DNA of 64,000 nucleotides from the human T2T-CHM13v2.0 reference genome, Homo sapiens (GCF_009914755.1 NC_060944.1), one strand, 5' to 3'; positions 45,090 to 62,454 are shown, counted from the stretch's first letter. Translations and numbers: made by a program. The notes: a model not told the origin generated them from the letters alone.

Positions 45090-45510
45090 TTTCCCCCACA
45101 GATTCTTTGACATGCCTCCCATGCAGAGGTGGGGTCTATGTCCCTCTCATGAATCTGGCCAAGTTGGTAGTGGTTTTGACCCAGGGTTGTGTGAAGTGAT
45201 GTGGTGTGACTTCTGAGGCTGGGTCACGAAAGGCCATGCAGCTCCTGCCTGGCTTGCTGGGACACTGCCACCCGAGCAAGCCAGCTACCTGATACCAGGA
45301 TGCTGGAGAGGCTACTCATGGGCTGTGGTTCATGATGCCATCTGAGAAGTGGGTCCTCTGGCCCAGCTCTTCCAGGGCCCAGCCTTCTGGGTCACTGTCA
45401 GCTGAGGCCCAGACATGCAGGAGTACAGACAAGCTGTCCCTCCTGTGCCCTGTCCCAATTCCTGACCTGGCTTCTGGAGCTTGGTTTGGAGATGGAGCCC
45501 ACCTTGACAA
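45090..45510 (+). mobile_element. MLT1-family MaLR LTR
   Basis: ttctttgacatgcctccc..agaggtggggtctatgtccc; gtgacttctgaggctgggtca..aaaggccatgcagct. Confidence 0.65.
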
Positions 45511-45859
45511 TGCTGTTTCCCTGGGAGAATGGGCCCCCTCTTGGCTGGCTTGCAGGAGCTCTGGGAGTCTCCTTCCCCTGTGACTCCTAGGGGCTTGGTG
45601 GCTCTGAGCTGGGCAGCTCCACATTCTCTCAATTTCATTCTGTCTGATCCATGTTAGTTTTATTTACTTTTTATGTATTTTTTATTTTTCTGACATAGAA
45701 TCTCGATCTGTTGCCCAGGCGGGAGTGCAGTGGGGATCATGGCTCACTGTAACCTTCAACTCCTGGGCCCAAGGGATCGTCCAGCCTCTGCCTCCCAGAA
45801 TCCATGTTCGTTTTAATATGAAAGCAACGTTTTATGCGACAACCAGGAGCTCTGAAGGG

Positions 45860-46500
45860 TTTTCACGTGGATGAGCCACACGCCGGGATTTGGAATTGCG
45901 GGAAGTGCCCAGCGAGTAGGGTAGGAGGAATGTTGGGGGTGGGACTGGACTAGAAGGGAGGCTGGGACGTCGTCGAGAACGAGATTGCAGGGACGCTGCG
46001 GTGGGAGAAGTCGAATTCCCACCCTGTTCGTCCTCCGCAAAGAGTGACTGAGGCTCAAAAAGCCACAGCCTTGCCCAAAACGGATGCAGCGGGCGCAGGC
46101 ACGGTCCACACCCCGAAGCTTGCCGATGCCCTCGGCGGCAGCCCGTCCTGCAGAGCCGCGTTCCCTGCGCCCAGCAAGGTCGGACCCCCACCGGGATTCC
46201 CGGAACCGGGTGTCCCGCGCGTCCCCAGCGCAGGCAGAGACGGCGAGACTTCCGGGTCGGCGTTGCACACGGCGGCCGGCAGGCGGCGCTGGAGCCCCGC
46301 GTTTGGGCAGCCAGGACGCCCTTGCGCTGCTTCGGGTCCTGCGAGCGCCCAGGGAGGGGGTGAGTGCGGGGAGGGGTCAGACCCGTGTCTTGCCCGGTGC
46401 GAGCTCACCGCCTGCCCACCGGGCACGTCCACAGCAGCTCAGTCCCGGTCTGAGCGCATCGGAGTGAAAACAGCCCCCGCACCTCTCGTGACGGTGTCCC
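45860..46500. promoter_or_regulatory. CpG island (orphan; promoter/enhancer-like)
   Basis: About 60+ CpGs in ~640 bp by manual count; ETS ACCCGGAAGT (minus strand, 46248-46257); E-box CACGTG 45864-45869; GCGGGAAGT 45898. Confidence 0.88.
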
Positions 46501-47512
46501 CTTCTCTGTCCACGTTGCAAGAAGCTATACTGTACTCACCAAGTCTTTAAATCTTGACCACTTCACCAAGGAAGGTATGAACCTCTCCATTTTACAGGCC
46601 CAGTTCAAAAAGCAACGACAAAAATCAACACCAGCAAACCTTTATGGAGTTCTAATTATTGACCTGGCCTGCCAGGGTCCTTCAGAGTGGAGTTGGGGTG
46701 GGTGCGGGAGAGGGGTCAAAAGCCAGCCCTCAGGAGGGGGCCACCCGCGCAGCCCTCTCTCCACCATCAGGGCTCTTGCAGACCCAAGGGCCTGCCAGGA
46801 GAAGCAGATGGGCCATGGTAAATCTGAGGGGCCATTGGGATGCCCAGACTGTCCCAGGTCACCCCATTTCTGCATTTTTGTTCATTTTGTTCAGGTGGCC
46901 CTGAATGTTGTGCCCTCCTCTTGGGAACTGTAAGTAATACAATCTTCCTTTCAGGCAGTTGACTCTGTGTCTGTCATCTTCCCATACCTGATTACAACAA
47001 AATCATCCCATGTACATTTTTAAACAACTGTCTAAGATTGTCGCAGGGCTCAAATGACTTAACTTTAAGTGCTTACAATGATGCCTGACACATGGTAAGG
47101 CTAATCGAGGAGTAGCTATTGTTACATCTCTTTCTCCAGCCTCTTCCTTCTTTGCACCAACTGCCTCCCTCTGAGCAATTTTGAGGGAGGTTTATCTCGA
47201 GGTGCAGCCAATCCCAGCTGCTAGGGCCAAGATCAGCCACATGCTCCTTTCCCTTGGCCATGGCTTTGGACACTCCAAGCTGGCAGTGAGTGCCAGGTGA
47301 GGGGGCTGCTAGGAGCCGGCAGGGGGGATCTCACCTTTGTGCCACTTATGTCCCTAATCAGGGGCAACCTCCCCAAATCTGCACCCCCAAATCCCCTCCC
47401 CAGCTTGACTGGAGAAATCACTCTAACTCCCAATGATAGCAACTCCAAATCATAGCAATAATAATTTACTGAGTGCTTACAGTGAGCCAGACACAGTGCT
47501 AGCATCTTGTAC

Positions 47513-48039
47513 CAGCAGTTCTCAAACTTTTTGGCTTCAGGAACCCTTTACACCCTAAGAATGATCAAGGCCCTCAAAGCTCTTGTTCATGTGGGTTGTA
47601 TCTATCACTAATTACCATTTTAGGAGTCAAAACAAATTTTAATAATATTTATTTATAATTTATTTAAAATAGCAATAATAAACACTACATGTGAGCATAA
47701 ATAATATATTCCTATGAAAAATAACTATATTTCACAACACACAAAATTTAAAGAGAAGGAAGTGTGGCTTTGTTTTATATTTTTGCAGATCTCTATAATG
47801 TCAGCCTTAATAGAAGACAGTTTGATTTTTATATCTGCATCTGCAAGTTTTTGAGATACCACATGTCATGTAGCCCCTGTAATATTCCACTGGGAGTTTT
47901 AAAAAGCTTTCACTGAGAGCAAAAAACCCCCACAAATAACATGTTTGTATTATTGTCAACATTATTCTGAATTTTATGGACCATCTGAAAGGGTCTCAGA
48001 GACCCCAGAGGTGCCCATAATACACTGTGGAAACTGCTG
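47513..48039. mobile_element. hAT-Charlie DNA transposon nested in a MIR
   Basis: Terminal inverted repeats cagcagtt / aactgctg; MIR halves on either side. Confidence 0.75.
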
Positions 48040-48739
48040 CCTGATATACATGATGGGTAGCTTCCAATATTGCCCCATTTTTACATATGAGGAAACTGAG
48101 GCACAAGGAGATTAAAGTGACTTGTCCAAGGTCATGCAGCCAGGCATCAAAGCTAGCTGGGGAGTCACTTGATTTTGGTGTCCAGGGTCCCAGCACTGAG
48201 CCCTGAAAGAGAGGGTAGGAACTGGGCACAGAAAAAGCCGGAAGGGCAGGTTGGGCCATGAGTGGGGGAGCTGGGTGTGCAGTGAGGGGTGGGGGTGGGA
48301 GGGGACCGGGGGATCAGTTAGTCACCAAGTGGTCCCGGTGACAGGGCTGGAGATGGCAGCTGGCGGCGGATGTAGCCTCGGGCTGGAAAATCAATAGGTG
48401 ATCAGCGGTCCAGGGGCAAGCTGTTCATCAGGTGCGGCAGAGGGGCAGGGGCAGGGGCGGGGGGGCTGGGAGGAAATATCACTGACCCCCGGCAGGATTG
48501 ATCAAACAGCCAGACACCCAAGGCCAAACTCACTAATAAAGTGAGACATTCAGCTCAGCCCGGCGGCTGCTGCTGAAGGTCTTAAAAAAACCGCTTACTG
48601 GGGAGTTCTTGATAAACTGTCTTTGTTTCTTGAGGCAAGTGGGAGGGAGGACAGACTGTGGGGAGGCCTGGCTCGGCTGCCGTTTGGCCTGGGACTCATG
48701 GTTTGCCCCAGGTCTGGACCACAGAACCCTGGTGCTTGT

Positions 48740-49070
48740 ATGGCATGTGTGCTTGCACTACAGCACATGCCATTTGTACAGGGCATGTGCAGACACATAT
48801 GTGCACACTATGTCGCACACATTCAAATGTGCCTGCACATGTCTTTGCACGCCCGTGCACATGCTACAACCTACATTTGCTTATGGTATGTGTGCACACA
48901 TATGCATGTGCTACAGCACATGTGTACAAATATGCCTTGCATGTGTGCATAGACATGCGTGCACCGCATCACATGGCATTTACACATGCATATGCTATGG
49001 CACATATGTGGGCACAAATGTGCCTTGCATGTGTGCGTATACGTGCATGTGCCGTAGCACACAGAATCTG
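48740..49070. repeat. Degenerate purine-pyrimidine (TG/CA/CATG) low-complexity tract
   Basis: Repeated gcatgtgtgc / gcacacatatgcatgtg units. Confidence 0.85.
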
Positions 49071-49354
49071 CCTTTGAGGGGTGAGCATGTGTGCTTGGGG
49101 GTTAAACTCTTTCTCCATTGTTTCACTGATATCACCACTTTCTCTGCCTGTAGTCCCAAAGGTGCCACATTTGTAATGACAGTCATGATTATTATGGGGT
49201 GGGGAGATGGACGGAAAAGTAGGGACTGGAAAACTGTATCTAAAAGGCTAAGCTGTACAACAGAGAGAGGCAGGTGTGAACAGGAAGAAAGAGGGGGAGG
49301 AAAAGTGAAGGGCCGGCATGGTAAGGGCTAAACATCGTTTGGACTGGGAGTTGA

Positions 49355-49759
<405 letters not shown>

Positions 49760-50589
49760 TAAGAACTGTGTTGGGTAATGACATCCTTTGACATTCTTTC
49801 AGGAATCCAAGTAAAGAGTAGAACCTTTCCCGATCACTTTCTGATTGTTGGACTGTGTTTTGTTAAATGTGCTACCGTATTAGACTGGGCTTGTGCATAC
49901 ACAGAATTTATTTTGATTTAATAATTACATCACTCACATTGAGAATGAAATTTTATTGGAATGCTTTTGCAGATGAGAGGTTTTATTAAGAGCTTTTCCA
50001 TGTGTCATATACTAACTCGAAGGTATGGATACTACTTTTATTTCCATTTTTTGGATGAATTCATTGGAGCTCAGAGGCTTAATCACTTGCTTAAGTCAGG
50101 TGGCTTATAGGAGGTGGAACTGGGATTTGAACCCAGCCCTCTGACTCCAGAGCCCAGGCTGCCTTGGCCATTATTCCAGAGTATAGTGGGGAATCTGGGG
50201 GGTCAGACAGGTAGACCAATGGAGGAACATTTGCCATCCCTGTATCTTGCCCCAAGATAGGTGAGTAGAGCCCTGAGGAGAGGGTCAGTGCATTTGGCTT
50301 GCACACCATTCAGACCCTTCACCCACCAGCAGTTACAGCCCATCTAGCCCCAAGATCCCTCCCCCAAGATCCCCTGGCTGGGAATCATCTGCTCTCTTGA
50401 TTGCTGAAGGGTGCATGGATGCATTGGAAGGGGCTGGGAGGATATACCAGGCTCTGACTTTACGGTGTGTAGACCTTAAACCCCCAAAGCCTTTTTGGTT
50501 TTATAAAAGCACAGAACAAAGTCATTGAGAATGATCAAGGATCGAAACCATGGGAGAAATATAAAACTATATTTTCTTAAAATGTGATC

Positions 50590-51210
50590 ATTGAAACACC
50601 TGCATTGGAATCACTGGAGATATATAAAAATGGAAATTCCTGGGTGCCTCCCAGATCTACTGAACCAGAATCTCTGAGTCTAGGGGCCAAGGGATCTGCA
50701 TTTAAAAAAATGTCTTGAGTAATTCTTCTGCACATTCTAATCTGATCCTTTGTATTTGCTGTTCCCTCCACCTGGCATGCTCTCCCTGTAGCTCTCTCTT
50801 TGGCTCCCACTTTCAATCCTTTAGATCTCTGTTCAAATATCCTTTCCTCAGAGGGGTCTTTCCTGCTATCTTACCTAAAATAATACCCCTTGCATTCTCA
50901 ATACTCTTGCTCTGCTTTATTATGTTATTATTTTTAGCTACATGGATGCTAACTATATGTAAATAAATAATATATAGTGTACAATATAGATAACAATACA
51001 TGATAAAGCCATTTAATCCATATCAGCCTTATCAATGTGCTTATTTGCACCTTTTGGTCTGCTCCCTGAGAGGCGAAGCTCTCGGAGGGCAGGGCTGGCC
51101 TGCCTTGCTTAGGGTTGCACCCTCAGTGAACTGTATTGGGTCTAGGAGAGGTTGATATGGGGGAGGGGATGATGCATGCAGAGTGCCCAAGGCTTAGTGG
51201 GTGCTCAACA
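50590..51210. mobile_element. MER5-like fragment followed by L2 fragments
   Basis: tactgaaccagaatctctg...tctgcattt; L2-like ctctgttcaaat...cctttcctcagaggggtctttcc. Confidence 0.55.
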
Positions 51211-51464
51211 TAATGACTGTATCCTAAGCGTGGTGTATACTATGAAAACAAAAAGCCATAAGCTTCCTTGTTCTGGTAGTAATTCCCTACCCCTCCACCC
51301 TAAGGACCAGTGAAACTGTTATGAGAGTGACCAAGAAGAAACGTCTTCTCTTGTCCTCTTCAATGTCTGAATTCTGCATCCAGCACATTATCTTCGGTGT
51401 CTCCCCCATTTACTTCCCTCGCCTTCTTCCTTAAGGAATATCAGCAATGATAATCCCAGCGACT

Positions 51465-51627
51465 GGCCAGGCACGGTGGCTCATGCCTGTCATCCCCGCA
51501 CTTTGGGAATTGAGGCGGGAGGATCACTTGAGCTCAGAAGTTTGAAGCTGCAGTGAGCTATGATCGTGTTGCTGTGCTCCAGCCTGGATGACAGAGCGAG
51601 ACCCTGTCTCAACAAAAAACAAAAAAA
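51465..51627 (+). mobile_element. Alu monomer (FAM/FRAM-like)
   Basis: Single arm with A-rich tail. Confidence 0.75.
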
Positions 51628-52510
51628 CTCAGAAACTATAGGTACTGGTAGACATGCTAATTTCACATCTTAAGTAGACTCCTTAACTCTTTCTGTTGCA
51701 CTGGCTCTCAGTCAATTTTGGGGAAATCTCTCTGGGAGGGGAACTCTCAGGTCCAAGGCTGGCAAAGGACCAATTGAGTTCCTCTTCTGGAGGACTGGGT
51801 GACACAGACACTCAGGTCACTGTGTTTGCCCTGAAGGTGGATGGCAGATGGGCTCCAAAGATGCTGGGGTACAGATCCCCTCTGCCTTTGGTGAGAGGCT
51901 GGGGAGGTCTGGCCCTGGTGGAGCCCCCAGGCTGGGACCTTTGGACCAGAGCAGCTTCATTTGTGTACCCAGTGAATCTTACGGATTTTATCACATTCTC
52001 TGTGTGCCATAATGTGAAGAACGTTGGGAAGCATTGGTGTAGGTGCAGGGGTGAAGGCAGTTGCATTGGGCCATGAGGCCATCTGTGCTTTGTTTGCTGG
52101 TCTTGGACCAGCCTCTGTTTGTGAGTATGAGCTTGTCTGGGCCTCTGTTTCTTCAATCAGTAGCACTGTAACCAGGACACTACAGCAGATATAGCCCAGG
52201 AAGGGGCCAAGGGTCTTGAAAGGGCAGAGGCAGTGGAGTGGGGACGATACAGGGAGTCTGAACTGGGAAGGGCCTTGCTAAGAAGAATGTGAAGCCTAAG
52301 GTGAGACAAGAGATTATTCGAGAGCTTGGAGCATTGATATATGAGTTGGGTATGATTGTCCCTATGTTTCAGACAAGGAAACCAAGGCTCAGAGTAGTGG
52401 AAAAGCTCACCACAGTCAACGGCAGAACTAAGTGGGCCTGAGTGCTTTCTTTTCTTAATGCTGCCCCTTGTAGCTCAAGGAAATTTGATGAAGAGTGTTT
52501 TGAAACTTCA

Positions 52511-53495
<985 letters not shown>

Positions 53496-54465
53496 GGGGG
53501 TAGGATGCCGTCCTCAAAGAAATGAGGGTTGTCATGTGGAAGAGGGACCCTACTCACTCTGTGTCCCTGGAGGAATGTGAGCTTTCCTCTGAGCTTCTAG
53601 GTCCTTAGGAAAAGGGCTCCGTACAGTCAGGGGGTTCAGGGATGGAGTGGGCTGCACTGGGGAGGTGTGAGCACCCCATTACTGATATGCCACCAGGGAG
53701 TTTCAACTGGCATCTGTTGTGTAGTTGAACTTGACCATTTGTGAGGCCCCCTCCAGCCCTGAGAATCTATGCACTGGTGCAAAGAAAGAGGTAAATGTTT
53801 AGAGAGGTGACAGAGGACCTAGAGCTAATGTCCAGGATGCTGCCCAGGGGCCTTAGAGATGGTGACAATGGTTGGTGGGGATATGGGTCTGTTGGAGAGG
53901 AGGAAGAAGAGGAAGAGAGCCTGACTGCCAGGCAGGCAGGGGTATCTTTGGGGCTCTGGGAGCCCCAGCCTCTGGGTTCTGCCCTCAGTGAGCTTTGCAG
54001 GACACCCTACCATACCCCCTCCCTGCTTTCTTCTGATAGAGTCGTTTCCATTTGGATATTGCCTTGAACATGATGTTCACAATCCCCAAAGGGAAGAACA
54101 TCCCTCAATAAGCCACACAATTCTCCCAGCCAAGAACTTGCTGTTCCAAATTCATTAAAATTGCTGTGATATTCTCTTCCCATTTATGTGCCAAGAGCCG
54201 TTGTGGACAGAATTCATAATACCATGGAGTGGTGGATGAAACCGATTGTGCAGTCAGAAAGAAGTGAACTTATTTTATTTTATTTTTAATAAAAGTGTAC
54301 CTTTCAGGTTGGCAACAAATGCGAGTGTGGGTGTGGGGAAATGGCACACTGATGTGTTTATTAAGGGAGCACAAATTGGTCCAACCCCAATGGATATCAA
54401 CTTGGAAATGATATAAGATGCAAAATGTGCATGGTAGTTTTGAGTTTTTTAGTCTCTAAAATTCA

Positions 54466-54805
<340 letters not shown>

Positions 54806-55577
54806 TTAGTCTGTGATTGAATTTGTTTTTTGTCTCAATACCTCCCTCTCCCTCCCTTTTCCACCAGAAGGTAGAAAATTAATTCTAGGTAATTCAAGAT
54901 AAACTCGCCATTTGAGGGGGTCTTCAGCCCATTAAGATCTCTTCTCTTACGTTCCTTCCTGGGGGATTTTTGCTTTACCTTAGTAAAGAACCTTTCCTTG
55001 CTTCCTGGGGGGCGAGGCACTGTATTTGGGGGTGCTTATGTAGTGAGTCCTTGCTAGGCTGTGACCCCTCACTGCAACAATGGTGCTGGTGAAGGTGTCT
55101 GTGGACCAGCGCTGAGTTATCTGCGCCATTTGCTCCTTACTGTGCAGCACTGAGAGCCTTTCCGGTGTGGGTCCCAGCTCACTTTTCTGATCTTCTCAGG
55201 TGCACACACTCATTCAGCTCTTCCTCCATGCTACTTTGGAGCTGTGAACATATAGGGGAGTCGCCTGCGGCTGCGTATCTCCCCCACCATCTCTGCTAGC
55301 ATGGCTGAAGATTGCAGATGGGAGCTGGCTGGAGCCCAGGTCACCTCTACTTTCAGATCTCCAAACTCATTCAAGGCACTATCTCCCCCATCCCATACTC
55401 AGCGCCTACCTGAGCAGCATACCAACCCACACGGCCTTTCTCTGGAGACCTTCATCCCTAGTCTGTTCTCGACCTCCTCCCTCCAGCTTAGAATGTTTCC
55501 CTTGTTTTGATTCCCTTTTTGCAGGAAGAAAAGCTCACTCAACAAGCACTCTTCTGCATCTTACCTCTTGAACCTCA

Positions 55578-56003
<426 letters not shown>

Positions 56004-56019
56004 TCATACAACACTTGTC

Positions 56020-56310
56020 CTTTTGTGTTCTTCTTATATGAAATATATAGACCAGTCAAATTCGTGGAGACAGTGGAATAGAGGTTACCAAGGCTGGAGG
56101 GAGGGGGAAATGGAGAGTTATTGCTTAACAGGTACAGGGTTTTGTTTGGGGTGATGTAAAAAGTCTTGGAGATGGATAATGGTGATGGTTGCACAGCAGC
56201 AAGCATGTATTTAACGTCTCTGAATGAACTGTACATTTCATACTTAAAACAACCAGTGTTATGTTATATATACATTATCATAATAAAAATAGTAAAAAAT
56301 AAATAAATGC
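56020..56310 (+). mobile_element. L1MB-like 3' end
   Basis: agaggttacca.ggctgg...gagttattg...ggtgatggttgcaca; A-rich tail. Confidence 0.75.
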
Positions 56311-56784
56311 CAGCAACAGAGCAGAAAATAAAAATCCCGCATCACATCAGCCAATACTTGACAACAGCTTTCTGACTTTGACCCGTTGTTCCATTTAGGG
56401 GTCTTGAGTCTGTGGAAACCCTGGCCGGGGTGTACCCAGCTCGAGTGCAGGGGGGCGCGTAGCAGCAGCCTGGCGTGTCATCGTGAGACACGGGAGACAA
56501 CCTGGGTATCCATCAATGGGGGACCAAGTGAATAAATGATGGCGGAGCCACACAATGCCGTGCTGTGCAGTGGGATGAAGAATGTGCCCTGCTCCGTGTA
56601 TGTGCCGACGTGGAAGACGCCCACGATGTATTGTGCAGGGAGCAGAATGATGTGTGTGGTAGCATCTTGTTTGTGTAAAAAGGCCTATATATATGGAATG
56701 GGTATGAATTTGCTGGACATTTGAGGTAAAGGAAGTGCGACCTCCTTCTCGGCTCCCTCCCTTTTTTCTCTCTTTACCAGATAA

Positions 56785-57175
<391 letters not shown>

Positions 57176-57408
57176 CTTCATCTATTTTTAACATGTAAAA
57201 AATTTTGAGAGATAACTAATATACAGAAAAGTGCATAAAACAGAGATGTCTAGTTTAAACTTATAAACACCCACGTATCTACCACCCAGGCCTAGACATT
57301 GAACAGTGCTAAGCACCCCCATGTGCCCTCCCCAGTTAACTCCCTCAAGAGGTAACTGCTCTTCATTTATAGTAACAATCATTGCTTTTAAAAACTCATT
57401 TTATTACC

Positions 57409-57691
<283 letters not shown>

Positions 57692-58387
57692 TCATTTTGA
57701 ATAAATTTAGATTGATAGAAGAGTTGCAAAAATAAACCAGAGAATTCCTGTATGCCCTTTGTATACTCACATACCCTTCACTCGCCTTCCCCTAATGGAA
57801 ACATCTTACATAACCACAGCATGTTTATCAAAACTGAGATTGACACTGGTCCGACACTATTTACCGAACTACGGACTTCATGGATGTCGCCAGTTTCCCA
57901 TGAATGTTCTCTTTCTGTTCCGGGATCCACTCCAGGATCCCATATTGGATTTAGTTATCATTTCTCCTTAGTTTCTTCCATCCATGACTGTTTCTTGGTC
58001 TCTTCTTGTGTTTTCATGACTTTGGCACTTATAAAGAGTGCTTGTCAGAAATTTAAGTAGAAAAGTAAGAAAAGCCAGGTAGAATCCTTGCTTTTCTTTG
58101 TAATTTTCCTCTCCTAAGTATATATCCCTGAACAACATAGTTAGGTTTGGCCTGTTTTGAATTTTATCTAAGTGAACTAATACACGCATATTCTTTTGTG
58201 TCTTACCTTTTTCATTTAACATTATGTTTTTGGGGGAACCATTCATGTTTTTGTGTGCAGCTGAAGTTCATTTTTCTTGCTGAATATTATTCCGTTGTAT
58301 GGCTGTAATAATAATAATGCAATGGCTATAATTCTGGATTATTTCTAGGTTTTGGCTATTGCAAACAATGCTGGCTGAAGCATTGTT

Positions 58388-58531
58388 TCTTTTTATTTTA
58401 CTTTAAGTTCTAGGATACATGTGCTGAACGTGCAGGTTTGTTACATAGGTATACATGTGCCATGGTGGTTTGCTGCACCTGTCAAACTGTCATCTAGGTT
58501 TTAAGCCCCGCATGCATTAGGTATTTGTCCT
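58388..58531 (-). mobile_element. L1PA (L1PA8-like) 3' end, heavily 5' truncated
   Basis: tactttaagttctaggatacatgtg...ttttaagccccgcatgcattagg. Confidence 0.85.
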
Positions 58532-58539
58532 AAGCATTC

Positions 58540-58876
<337 letters not shown>

Positions 58877-59382
58877 TGAAATAGTTGGGCCCACATTTCT
58901 CTAGGAGAGGAAACCAGGAGATAAATATCCAGGAGAGGAAACTTTGGCTGAAGAATTTCCATGTCTTCAGCTGGACTAGATACTGCCAGACTTTCTTCCA
59001 AAGTGGTTTTACCAATTTAAACAGCCCCACCTGCAGCGTCAAGTTCTCAGTGTGCCCTATCATTATTTTTTCCCCTAGTCCTTAGTAACAGACATCATTA
59101 TTTTTTGAAATCAAAATAAATCAGTCAAGATTCTGGCAGGAAAGAGATGTACACAAAATGCTTATAACAATGCTAGGGTTCTATTTAAGAGCATTTAATA
59201 AAGAGATTATTTATACAAGAGTGGCCAGGATGAAAGGAACCAATAAGAAATGCTGAGACACCCAGGCACTAGGGCAGCAGGAAGCTGTTGCTGCCTCTGG
59301 GGCTGAAGGGACAGGAGGGAGAAGAGGGGAAAGCGGAGGTCCCTGCCTGGGCTGTAAGCACACATCAGTGTTTCTCAACCCG

Positions 59383-59430
59383 TCCTTCCTTCCTTTCTTT
59401 CTTTCCTTTCTCTCTTTCTTTCTCTCTTTC

Positions 59431-59498
<68 letters not shown>

Positions 59499-59578
59499 TC
59501 CTTCCTTCCTTCCTTCCTTCCTTCCCTCTTTCTTTCTTTCTCTCTTTTCTTTCTCTCTCTCTCTCCTTTCTTTCTTTC

Positions 59579-59636
<58 letters not shown>

Positions 59637-59658
59637 CTTTCTCTCTTCTTTCTTTTTT
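59383..59658. repeat. Compound (TTTC)n/(CTTC)n/(CT)n microsatellite, the expanded tail of the Alu at 59659-59927
   Basis: 276 nt of pure pyrimidine; TSD tcaacc.gt brackets tract plus Alu. Confidence 0.95.
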
Positions 59659-60006
<348 letters not shown>

Positions 60007-61039
60007 TGAATGGGACCTTATTTGGAAATAGGGTCTTTGCAGATGTAATCAAGTTAAGATGAGATCTGTCTTAGCTCAGGCTGCTAGAGCAAAGTATCAT
60101 AGACTGGTCTCGAACTCCTGACCTCAAGTGATCCTCCCGCCTCAGCTTCCCAAAGTGCTAGGATTACAGGCATGACCCACCATGCCTGGCCCTGTGCTGT
60201 GGCTCTTTGGAGGGTCACAAATTATTGCAATATATAAGGTTATGACTCCCCAGGAACCAGTGGTCACCCTCTTGGGGGCGTGATTGCTCTTGTTGAGGCT
60301 GCAGGAGCCAGAGGGAAGAGCCAAACTGAGGGGAGGCAGAGAAGGGACCAGAGAACAGACCCCCTTCCCTGTCTTTCCACCCACTCCTGGGTGGCCTCCT
60401 GCTGGCTGGACTTAGCCAAGAGCCAAGGCTGAGGGGGTTCAGAGGTGCTGCCTTCTGAGATCAGCCCCGGGGAGCAGGGCAGGGCTAAGAGGGGCAGAGA
60501 ATGGGTGCAGGTTGGGGCGCCCATGAAGAACAACTCAGTTCACAGCCCCAGCTGCTCCCAGCGTCTGCCAGTCCTTCTGGGGGCTGTCCTTCCTCTGCTA
60601 GAAAAGTAGGAGACTCCCCCAAGGCCAACATGGCCCAGAAAAATGGGAGGAGAGGCTGATTTTCCATCCAGATGGCCTCTCCAGGTGATCCTGAACCACA
60701 TGACCTATCTGAAGCTGGGCAGCTGCACTTCCTCTGTGCCCAGCCAGGACGAGGGGCTCTTCACGAGGCTCTGATGTTGTGGCAGTCAATACAGGCCTCC
60801 CCCAGCACCCCATAGCCCTCCTGGGTGCCATGGAGGAGTGCAGTTCAGCATCCCTGGCTTGCAGCTCCCCCACCTCCCCACCTGGCCTCCCCACCCCCTC
60901 CTCTTTAACAAGGCTTGGAACCCTTCCCCTCCCAGACTCTTCAGGTCTATTTCCTCAGGGAATCAAGGTTTCTATAAAGAAAAGCATAAAACAAGATGAA
61001 CATCAGCATCTTAGGGATGATCACAGACAGCAGAGTATG

Positions 61040-61659
<620 letters not shown>

Positions 61660-61744
61660 CTAATGGTGCCACCTCACGGGAGTAGAGCTGGGCCTACAGG
61701 AGAAAAACTTTCACTTTTTAAAAATACTTACTTTATGTTATTGA

Positions 61745-62454
<710 letters not shown>

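Noticed and set aside
45813-46550. 119-168 aa ORFs across the CpG island
   Set aside because: Stop-poor GC-rich sequence open in several frames on both strands, with low-complexity A/P/G/R products and weak or non-ATG starts; would need Ribo-seq/PhyloCSF support
48609-49331. 240-aa Cys/His-rich ORF, superficially like a zinc finger or metallothionein
   Set aside because: Artefact of the TG/CA repeat (TGT/TGC/CAC/CAT codons); no C2H2 spacing, non-ATG start, several frames open
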